Part shown: positions 57,103 through 64,000 of the stretch, one piece after another
How the letters are laid out: each line of letters begins with the position of its first letter
Numbering within the stretch: position 1 is the first letter of the stretch
DNA from: Desulfurococcaceae archaeon
GTDB taxonomy: Archaea; Thermoproteota; Thermoprotei_A; Sulfolobales; Desulfurococcaceae
Assembly (NCBI GenBank): GCA_020833225.1
Contig: JAJHQS010000003.1
Location: 2,005 to 66,004 of the forward strand
DNA length: 64,000 nucleotides
Direction of reading: 5' to 3'
Notes under the pieces: generated by a model
Seen by the model: the letters and a program-made list of their open reading frames with translations, nothing else
Told to the model about the DNA's origin: nothing
Database searches by the model: none
Translations under genes and position numbers: made by a program

Positions 57103-57862
57103 CTTCTTTTCACTTTTATGTTTCTTCACATCAATACCTATACCTAAACACCTTTGTAAGTCTAGTGAGTTTAGTTCTTTATACCTAATTCCTTTAATAG
57201 GCTTCATTAAGGGTGTCGTTATAGCTTTACCCATCGCTATACTCAGAATTTTAAACTTCGACATCTTTATTACGACATCGATAGTTTTAATTTTACACTT
57301 CACTGTTCAAGGGTTTTTACATGCAGATGGATTTATAGATTTCTCAGAGGCATTATTGGCGCATAGACTTGGCATAGATCCCTATATGGTTATTAAAGAT
57401 AAATATAAAGGCTCTTACGCTATAGCTGTTTTCGTGACCTTCGTACTCTTCCTTTATACATCGCTTTATGGTCTTTTAAATAAACTCACTCCGTTAAATT
57501 CATTCATTTATATAGTACTAAGTGAGACTTGGAGTCTAACATCAGTCCTAATATTGTCTTATTTTAGTTCAACTTCTCTTAAGGGTTTAGGCAGAGAATT
57601 TAAGGAGGGGATTGATTTCCACGACGTCATAATAGGGCTTGTAATAATATTTACCATTAATGTTACTACAATAATTCCTATTAAAGGTCTAATTGGTGGC
57701 ATCTATAGTTTCATTTCTTCTTTGATACCAATAGTGTTTTCAGTGATGTTTTCACATACTTTAAGTGTTAAAACTCTAGGTTTTATAACTGGTGATGTTC
57801 TTGGATTTACTGTCGAGTTAACATACGCGCTCGTAGTAATTACATATTTCATCTTGGTGTAA
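57083..57862 (+). CDS. cobS: Adenosylcobinamide-GDP ribazoletransferase (cobalamin synthase CobS)
   Basis: Polytopic, 259 aa, with the HADGFIDFSEAL motif. Confidence 0.8.
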   Translation: MSKVIDDFFSLLCFFTSIPIPKHLCKSSEFSSLYLIPLIGFIKGVVIALPIAILRILNFDIFITTSIVLILHFTVQGFLHADGFIDFSEALLAHRLGIDPYMVIKDKYKGSYAIAVFVTFVLFLYTSLYGLLNKLTPLNSFIYIVLSETWSLTSVLILSYFSSTSLKGLGREFKEGIDFHDVIIGLVIIFTINVTTIIPIKGLIGGIYSFISSLIPIVFSVMFSHTLSVKTLGFITGDVLGFTVELTYALVVITYFILV

Positions 57863-57864
57863 GC

Positions 57865-58833
57865 TTGGATTTAACATATATTTACCCTAAAAATCTCGCT
57901 GAATTTTTATGTATACTGATCTTGGCTATAATATTTGACTTTGTTTACCCCTACCATAGAGGCCTCTTATATCTTATACATCCAACACACACAGCTTACA
58001 CGTTAGCTTTTATTCTTTATAAAATATTTCCGAAGACAAAGGCTTCGGGGCTAATCATATGGCTCATAGTAGTCCTTTCTCATATTTCCATTTATGGGGT
58101 TATTTTATATTTAACATGCAAAATTCATAAAATTTTATGGCTAATAGCATCAATCTACATAGTCAAGGTCTCTATATCCCTCAAGCTCTTAATAAACTAC
58201 GTAAACAGCGTCAAACTCTGCCTACAAAGAGGGGAAATAACATGTGCTAGAGAGGCTGTATCACATATTGTTAGGAGAGATGTAAGTAAACTCGATGAGG
58301 GGTATGTGGCGTCAGCTGCCTTAGAATCTCTTTTTGAAAGCCTAGTTGACGGATTTACATCCCCTCTTTTACTCTACTTACTACTCGGACCACTTGGAGC
58401 CCTCCTTCAAAGAGTGACAAATACGCTTGATTCAGCTCTCGGTTATAAAGAACCTAATTTTAAAGATGTGGGGTGGTTCTCGGCTAAAGCTGATACTTAT
58501 ATAAACTTCATACCAGCGAGGTTTACAGCTTTTTTAATAATTTTACTTTGTCCCACGATCAAGGGCTCTATGGATAGATCTTGGAAGATCTATTTAAGAG
58601 ATAAAAATGCTACTCAGAGCAAAAATGCAGGACACCCCATGGCTTCTGCTTCTGGCTGTTTATCCGTTAGACTTGAAAAAATCTGCTCATATGTCTTAGG
58701 CTCGGAATATCCCTTACCAACATATAGAGATATACACAAAGGTTTAAAGCTCGCAATTCATGTAGCTCTAACCTTCTTAATCTTAGTTATCTCTATATAC
58801 TATTTCGTTTCTGACATCATTCTGATCAATTAA
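57865..58833 (+). CDS. cbiB: Adenosylcobinamide-phosphate synthase (CbiB)
   Basis: 322-aa membrane protein. GYVASAALESLFESLVDGFTSPL and SKNAGHPMASASG motifs. Confidence 0.8.
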   Translation: MDLTYIYPKNLAEFLCILILAIIFDFVYPYHRGLLYLIHPTHTAYTLAFILYKIFPKTKASGLIIWLIVVLSHISIYGVILYLTCKIHKILWLIASIYIVKVSISLKLLINYVNSVKLCLQRGEITCAREAVSHIVRRDVSKLDEGYVASAALESLFESLVDGFTSPLLLYLLLGPLGALLQRVTNTLDSALGYKEPNFKDVGWFSAKADTYINFIPARFTAFLIILLCPTIKGSMDRSWKIYLRDKNATQSKNAGHPMASASGCLSVRLEKICSYVLGSEYPLPTYRDIHKGLKLAIHVALTFLILVISIYYFVSDIILIN

Positions 58834-58982
58834 TGAGTCTTTAACGTGAAAGCTTCCTTCTATATGTGGATAAAGTGATATAGTAAGTTAAGAGTTTAAT
58901 GAGATCAATTTTAGATTAAGGACTTATTCGCAAATGTGAGAGTTCTTAAGATCCTAATGGTGCTGTATGAAGAAATAAATAA

Positions 58983-59543
58983 TTATTTTGATGCTTCTAA
59001 GAGTAGTGCTTGATACTGTATGGTAAAAATTAGATCTGATAGTCTATTGAGAAGAACACCTATATTTTTACATCCTAAACTGGTATCATGAAAACATTGC
59101 CAAAACCATCTTTCAGCTCTTCTAATAACTGTTCTAGTTATTGCTGTTAATGCTACGCCACCTCGTCTTGGATTTTTAACGTAATTAGTAATGATTTTAT
59201 TTGGTTTTACTTTATTATTAATTCTTCTCTCAATATCAAGAATTAAGTCTTCGCTAGGACACCAATTGCTTTTTAGAGATGATGCTATTTTTAATAGTAA
59301 TTCATATACATATTCAAGATCTCTTACAATCAGATCTACGCTACTATTTTCTATAGCGAGACCTATGAAAGCTAATGCCTCATCTATAGAGCCTATAAAA
59401 TGCACACAGGGATGGTATTTTGGGAGTTTAATACTGCCTATAGAGGTACTTCCATTATCACCACTCCTAGTATATACGGTTGTTATACGTGGTGAGTTTA
59501 CACTCTCTGAGTTTAAGTCACACATATATAAAACTCCTCCCAT
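58983..59543 (-). CDS. pduO: PduO-type ATP:cob(I)alamin adenosyltransferase
   Basis: YTRSGDNGSTSIGS...IGSIDEA N-terminal motif. About 180 aa, helical. Confidence 0.8.
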   Translation of the reverse strand: MGGVLYMCDLNSESVNSPRITTVYTRSGDNGSTSIGSIKLPKYHPCVHFIGSIDEALAFIGLAIENSSVDLIVRDLEYVYELLLKIASSLKSNWCPSEDLILDIERRINNKVKPNKIITNYVKNPRRGGVALTAITRTVIRRAERWFWQCFHDTSLGCKNIGVLLNRLSDLIFTIQYQALLLEASK

Positions 59544-60313
59544 TAGTCGTCGAGGATAGACTTACATATATCTTTAGTTCCAGCACCCCCCTCAGCTGGT
59601 ATTTTCATTCTATCGGCAATTGTGTGTAAACCGTACATTGAGAGAATGTATCTTAAGATTTCTTTTCCCCTCATAAGCTGAGACCTTAAGCAATCTATAG
59701 GTATATTTTCAACGATATCTATGATTCTAGGATCACTTAGAGGAGTACAGATTTTTATGTTAACACAATTTGCTATTAATACTTCTGAAAATATACCTTT
59801 AGAAAGCTTTTTAATAGCTTCTATAAGCTCGTTTTCAGTTAGATTTAACATGAAGCTATAGCCAGCAAAAACTTCATCACCCCCTGTTCCTGTGAAGATG
59901 CATTTACATCCATCATCTTTAGCCTGTTTAAGTACTGTGTAGAAGACAATATCATTTCTAATTTCAACACATCCACCATCTCTGTGTGTATCTAAATTCT
60001 CTTCACCAATACATTTAGTAACGTTAATAACGAGATCTTTAATATTACTCAGATCTATGATTAAGTATTTTATATCGATGTTAAATAGTTTAGATAATTG
60101 ATTAACGTAATACAGATCCTTTGGTAAACCATGTTTATAAAACACAACATAACCCCTAGGCTTTAATCCAGCTAATACTGCGGCTAATAGGATAGTTGTT
60201 GTGTCTATCCCGCCGCTAAGAGCTATGCAATCACAACTACATTCATCTACAGTTTTTATAAGTGTTTCGAGAAGATTTCTCGCTAAAATATCACATGGCA
60301 TACGTAGACTCAT
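59543..60313 (-). CDS. Asparagine-synthase-like PP-loop adenylating enzyme (synthetase domain only, no glutaminase domain)
   Basis: ALSGGIDTTTILLAA PP-loop and TGTGGDEVFAGYSF, the AsnB C-domain signature. 256 aa. Confidence 0.65.
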   Translation of the reverse strand: MSLRMPCDILARNLLETLIKTVDECSCDCIALSGGIDTTTILLAAVLAGLKPRGYVVFYKHGLPKDLYYVNQLSKLFNIDIKYLIIDLSNIKDLVINVTKCIGEENLDTHRDGGCVEIRNDIVFYTVLKQAKDDGCKCIFTGTGGDEVFAGYSFMLNLTENELIEAIKKLSKGIFSEVLIANCVNIKICTPLSDPRIIDIVENIPIDCLRSQLMRGKEILRYILSMYGLHTIADRMKIPAEGGAGTKDICKSILDD

Positions 60314-60936
60314 TATATCAGCCTCAAGATCCTATATTCATCACAATCTTCTACACTTAAAGGTTTAAACTCTAATGGTTTTATGTGAAGAGGGCCATTA
60401 ATGACTATAGTATGATATTCGCCATGCTCACCTAAGGGATCTGCATTTATCCTACATAATTTCTCGATGAAATCTTCAATATTATCCTGATCTATTTGCT
60501 GACCAAGCCACTCACTAATATCCTTTCTGCATCCGATAATTAATGGCTTAATACCTTTTTCTATTTCCTCATAGAGTAAGTTGACGGGATCATAGCCCCA
60601 TAATGGCTCTATAAGTTTAGCTCCAACCTCTGTAGATAATTTCTCCATGTATTTAAGATGTTCTTCTATGTATACGTCTCCAGCAATAATGACGCTAGGA
60701 TTAAGTTTTCTCAAAATGTTTAATGTTTCAGCGAATTCTTTGCCTTTACTGAGTTTAACCACGATTATAGGTATTTTTGCTAAGAGTAAAGTCTCAATTG
60801 TCTTGCCTAGATTTAAAGTATGTGGATTAGGTCTAGGAAATTCATATACAAATACGAGCCCTAAGTCGATCGTGAGACCTGACTTATAGACGGCGTAATA
60901 GGAGTCTTTACCACCAGATAAAAAGGCTATATACAC
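60313..60936 (-). CDS. MJ0570/Dph6-family PP-loop ATP pyrophosphatase (diphthine-ammonia-ligase-like)
   Basis: AFLSGGKDSYYA PP-loop, PLWGYD, and GEHGEYHTIVINGP. Confidence 0.7.
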   Translation of the reverse strand: MYIAFLSGGKDSYYAVYKSGLTIDLGLVFVYEFPRPNPHTLNLGKTIETLLLAKIPIIVVKLSKGKEFAETLNILRKLNPSVIIAGDVYIEEHLKYMEKLSTEVGAKLIEPLWGYDPVNLLYEEIEKGIKPLIIGCRKDISEWLGQQIDQDNIEDFIEKLCRINADPLGEHGEYHTIVINGPLHIKPLEFKPLSVEDCDEYRILRLI

Positions 60937-61658
60937 TCATAGGCACCTCTTATAGTTTTAAGGACATTTATAGGAATAAGTATTTTTGTATTCTTGAGAT
61001 CTGTTATATGGTAAGTGGTTCTCGGTGGTAATGTAAGTCCTTTAGCCGCTACCTTGTATATTTCACTTACTGAGAGCTCAGGAAGAATTATGCATATATC
61101 GTGTGAGGAGCATAATTTAGAATTATATGGTGTCTTTTTAAACACTCTGATAAAGTCATTGAACATGCTATCTTTTCTTAACTCATTTAAAGTTACATAT
61201 AGATCTAATGCATCAACATAGATGTGCTGAAATATTTCACCAACCTTTACATATAGACTACTAGACCCTCTTTTAACGTTAGACTCTAATATATTGATTA
61301 AAACTGAACTCGTTTTCAATGTTGCCTGGTTTAAGTCTGCAATATACATCCAAGAGCCGATTCTGTCAATGTGTTTATCATAAGAGGCAATAAATGCGGG
61401 TATGAAATAAACTCCTAGAGTTTTTAAAGCTTTAACTCTATGATGACCATCAATAATTATACTTCTCTTCTCGTCAATGATAATTGGTTTAACGACCTTA
61501 TTTAAATATAGGTCCTTAAGAACTTGTCTAAAATGAACTAAATCTATGTCTTCATGTGGAGTCAGATCATTAATATTAATAATAGCTAGCTCAACATCTT
61601 TAATACTCCTCGCAGTGCTCGTTTTCCCAGCCACATTATAAGCCTTATCTTTAAACAT
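60927..61658 (-). CDS. ParB/sulfiredoxin-fold protein, SerK-like (candidate small-molecule kinase)
   Basis: LTPHEDIDL...PIIIDEKRSIIIDGHHRVKALKTLG, the ParB/Srx DGHHR core. The 243-aa size is like that of archaeal ParB-fold serine kinases. Confidence 0.5.
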   Translation of the reverse strand: MFKDKAYNVAGKTSTARSIKDVELAIININDLTPHEDIDLVHFRQVLKDLYLNKVVKPIIIDEKRSIIIDGHHRVKALKTLGVYFIPAFIASYDKHIDRIGSWMYIADLNQATLKTSSVLINILESNVKRGSSSLYVKVGEIFQHIYVDALDLYVTLNELRKDSMFNDFIRVFKKTPYNSKLCSSHDICIILPELSVSEIYKVAAKGLTLPPRTTYHITDLKNTKILIPINVLKTIRGAYECI

Positions 61659-62469
61659 AAGGATCGCTCGTTATTTCATGTTTTCCGGAGTTAATGAGTT
61701 TTGGATACAATAAGTGAATTTCACCTAGATATCTTCTCGTATATGAACTCCTGATCACAACTTTCTTTAAATGTTTCTCAGCCCTCTTCTTAGCATCTAT
61801 GAGCTCATTTAATAAAGGTCTTCTATAAGGTGCTGAAGGTATAGGCACATACTCATCTATAATTAAAGGTACATCTCTGCTTAGGTTGTGTGCTACGTAT
61901 TCTGCTAGTAGTTCTATATCTTCTGCTTCATTAAATCCGGGTATAAATATTGTCTCGATAATTAGTTCTAACCCGCTTTGAAATGCCGAATCCATGTTCT
62001 CAAGTATTATATTTAAATCTCTCTTATTTCTTCCAGTATATGCTGAGAATTTCTCGGGATGTATGCTCTTAACACTTAATTCTACTATGGAGCTTTTCGG
62101 TATGCAGTTAAGTACCTTATTAAGAAGATATCCATTAGTTAGAATAACTAATTTAAGATCTAAAAGGTTTAAGGCCTTTATAATATCACAAAACATTGGA
62201 TCGAACGTTGGCTCACCACCCCCTAATATAGCTTTTCTTAGATCTAACTCTCTTTTAGCATATTTCACTATTTCTATAAACTCCTCTGAATCAAGCGTCT
62301 CTAACCTTAATTTTTCTAACTCTTCTACACAATTCTCTCTGTAAAGATGATGATCGCGGAGAAATCTCTTTCTTATACAGCCAACACACTTAAAGTTGCA
62401 ATCGGCAAACATTATGTAAATGGATTTATTATGGCTATAGTAAGTTATATTGTAGATTAATGTCCTCAT
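61651..62469 (-). CDS. Radical SAM enzyme (activase-like small core)
   Basis: CNFKCVGC (Cx3Cx2C) and the GGGEPT SAM motif. 272 aa. Confidence 0.8.
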   Translation of the reverse strand: MRTLIYNITYYSHNKSIYIMFADCNFKCVGCIRKRFLRDHHLYRENCVEELEKLRLETLDSEEFIEIVKYAKRELDLRKAILGGGEPTFDPMFCDIIKALNLLDLKLVILTNGYLLNKVLNCIPKSSIVELSVKSIHPEKFSAYTGRNKRDLNIILENMDSAFQSGLELIIETIFIPGFNEAEDIELLAEYVAHNLSRDVPLIIDEYVPIPSAPYRRPLLNELIDAKKRAEKHLKKVVIRSSYTRRYLGEIHLLYPKLINSGKHEITSDPYV

Positions 62470-62477
62470 AAAGGCAC

Positions 62478-63269
62478 CTATAATTCCATCTTATTGAGGG
62501 GCTCTAGCGGGATCACGGCTATTCTCCCGTTTATATCTAGGATATGTGTTTTAACACCATATACTTTCTCGAGTAGATCTTCTCTAAATATCTCTCTCGG
62601 TCTCCCTACTGCTACTATTTCCCCATTACTCATTATCACAACTTTATCGGCATATAAAGAGGCTAAGTAGAGGTCGTGTATAGCTATAATGCATATAGAT
62701 CTATTTATCTTTGTAAATTTTTTAACGAGATCTAATATTTCTAGCTTATACTTAAGGTCTAGGAACGCGGAAGGCTCATCAAGCAATAATACTTTAGATC
62801 CTTGTATAAAGGCTCTTGCTATGAGGACTCTTTGTAATTCACCACTACTAAGCTGATCTAGTTTTCTATCTAGTAGATGACTAATGTTCAGCTGTTTAGA
62901 GATCTTATCTACGATTTCTAAGTCTTCTTGTGACATAGAAAACGTTAACATATTCTGATGGGGATATCTAGCTGTGAGTAAGAATTCAAACACTGTTGAT
63001 GGTAGAGATTTAGATATTTGATAATCTACATATGCGAGTATTTTGCTAAGCTCTTTTAGCGAAAATTTTGAGAGAGCTTTACCATCTATATATATGACGC
63101 CAACTTTCGGTTTTATAATAAGCGCTATTGTTTTTAAGAGTGTAGATTTACCAGCACCATTGGGCCCGATAATGAACGTTAGCTCACCCTCATTGATCTC
63201 GAGAGACGCATCTCTTAGAGCTTGTATTGAGTCATACCAGACTTCTAATCCTTTGATAACTATCTTCAC
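62478..63269 (-). CDS. ABC transporter ATPase of the iron-chelate/cobalamin type (BtuD/FepC-like)
   Basis: GPNGAGKST, LSSGELQRV, LLLDEPSAFLD. GTG start overlaps the permease stop (GTGA). Confidence 0.85.
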   Translation of the reverse strand: MKIVIKGLEVWYDSIQALRDASLEINEGELTFIIGPNGAGKSTLLKTIALIIKPKVGVIYIDGKALSKFSLKELSKILAYVDYQISKSLPSTVFEFLLTARYPHQNMLTFSMSQEDLEIVDKISKQLNISHLLDRKLDQLSSGELQRVLIARAFIQGSKVLLLDEPSAFLDLKYKLEILDLVKKFTKINRSICIIAIHDLYLASLYADKVVIMSNGEIVAVGRPREIFREDLLEKVYGVKTHILDINGRIAVIPLEPLNKMEL

Positions 63270-64000
63270 CTTCTCATCCTCTTAATAACAAGATATGATA
63301 AAAATGGCGCTCCAATAACAGCTGTTACTACACCTAATGGAAGCTCGCCTAAACCTCCTATGAATATACTTATAGCTTTCACAATAATGTCGGCAATTAG
63401 TGTAAGTAGTGCTCCTATAAAAATAGTTGTTGGTATGGAGAACTTGTGATCTATCCCCACGAAGAACCTTGCTATATGTGGTGCAACAAGCCCTATAAAT
63501 CCCACAACACCGATGAACGCTATTGTAGTCGCAGTTAGGAAAGCTGATATAGAGGCTGTAAAAATTCTTATTGATGCAGGATTAAAACCTAATTGTTTAG
63601 CAAATTCATCTCCATAGAGATAAGCATTGAGAGGTTTAAAGAGAGCTAAACTTAGCGTGATGGGAACTATTATAAGGGGGATTAGAAGCTGCACATCTCC
63701 CCATAAAGTAGTGCTAACAGTGCCCATTAACAAATACATGTATGGAACTTTAGTCATACTTTGCACTATGTATAATAGAATATGTGAAACTCCACCAAAG
63801 AGGGATGCAACAGCTATGCCAGCTAAGACCATCGCGATATCGCTTCCTCCGCCTAATTTTGAAAGTAGAAGCGTTAACGTAAAACCTATCATTGCACCTA
63901 TAAATGAAATTGTCACTACATAAACTCTTTGAATCATAAGGTCTGGTGCGAGAATAATCCCTAATGCGAGAGCTGTTAGCGCTGTTGAAGACAGCCCAAA
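63266..64000 (-). CDS. FecCD/BtuC-type ABC permease; N-terminus lies beyond the window end
   Basis: Polytopic. The reading frame stays open upstream of Met 63937 to position 64000 (FGLSSTALTALALGIILAPDL). The C-terminal GAPFLSYLVIKR is typical of FecCD. Confidence 0.8.
   Translation of the reverse strand, partial: FGLSSTALTALALGIILAPDLMIQRVYVVTISFIGAMIGFTLTLLLSKLGGGSDIAMVLAGIAVASLFGGVSHILLYIVQSMTKVPYMYLLMGTVSTTLWGDVQLLIPLIIVPITLSLALFKPLNAYLYGDEFAKQLGFNPASIRIFTASISAFLTATTIAFIGVVGFIGLVAPHIARFFVGIDHKFSIPTTIFIGALLTLIADIIVKAISIFIGGLGELPLGVVTAVIGAPFLSYLVIKRMRR

Noticed and set aside
1-64000. Search for tRNA, rRNA, CRISPR arrays, IS elements and integrases
   Set aside because: No spacer larger than about 100 nt shows the GC-rich, cloverleaf-compatible or repeat-spacer periodic structure expected. 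No transposase- or integrase-like ORF is present. The only sizeable DNA repeat is the 104-nt antitoxin block.

Overview
AT-rich, densely coding archaeal chromosomal window. The archaeal call rests on an A-type ATPase operon in H-I-K-E-C-F-A-B-D order, a PaREP1 protein, CdhABCDE, and archaeal-type CobT/CobY/CbiZ. I saw no rRNA, tRNA, CRISPR array or intact mobile element. Layout: (1) 1-4.1 kb, a Liv-type branched-chain amino-acid ABC importer. (2) 4.3-7.5 kb, a small accessory patch holding a UPF0175/PIN toxin-antitoxin module with a duplicated antitoxin, a decayed HEPN gene next to an MNT nucleotidyltransferase, a retropepsin-like ORF and an RHH-PaREP1 protein. (3) 7.8-16.2 kb, the complete A1Ao ATPase operon. 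(4) 16.2-18.7 kb, a resolvase-like endonuclease and a QueT-type ECF transporter. (5) 18.9-50 kb, a large C1/acetyl-CoA block. It contains a clostridial-type hbd-crt-acyl-CoA dehydrogenase-etfBA-thiolase operon and cooT-cooC-cdhABCDE-RACo-cooC. It also contains ADP-forming acetyl-CoA synthetase, adenylate kinase, a MetF-like plus MtdA/B-like pair, a second RACo paralogue, methanofuran-type biosynthesis genes (mfnD/F/E/B plus a HisA/F-like gene) and mobA. (6) 50-52 kb, a divergent pair of paralogous Pol-beta-type nucleotidyltransferases. (7) About 1.2 kb with almost no ORFs. (8) 53.3-58.8 kb, the cobamide salvage and nucleotide-loop operon cobT-cbiZ(fusion)-cobY-cobD-cobS-cbiB. (9) 59-64 kb, a converging, translationally coupled minus-strand operon. 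In it, a BtuCD-type importer and a PduO adenosyltransferase bracket four enzymes with no assigned role in corrinoid metabolism: a radical SAM enzyme, a ParB/Srx-fold SerK-like protein, an MJ0570/Dph6-type PP-loop enzyme and an AsnB-synthetase-domain-only PP-loop enzyme. I consider this last cassette the best candidate for an undescribed system. All functional calls come from motif and family recognition by eye. No database search was run.
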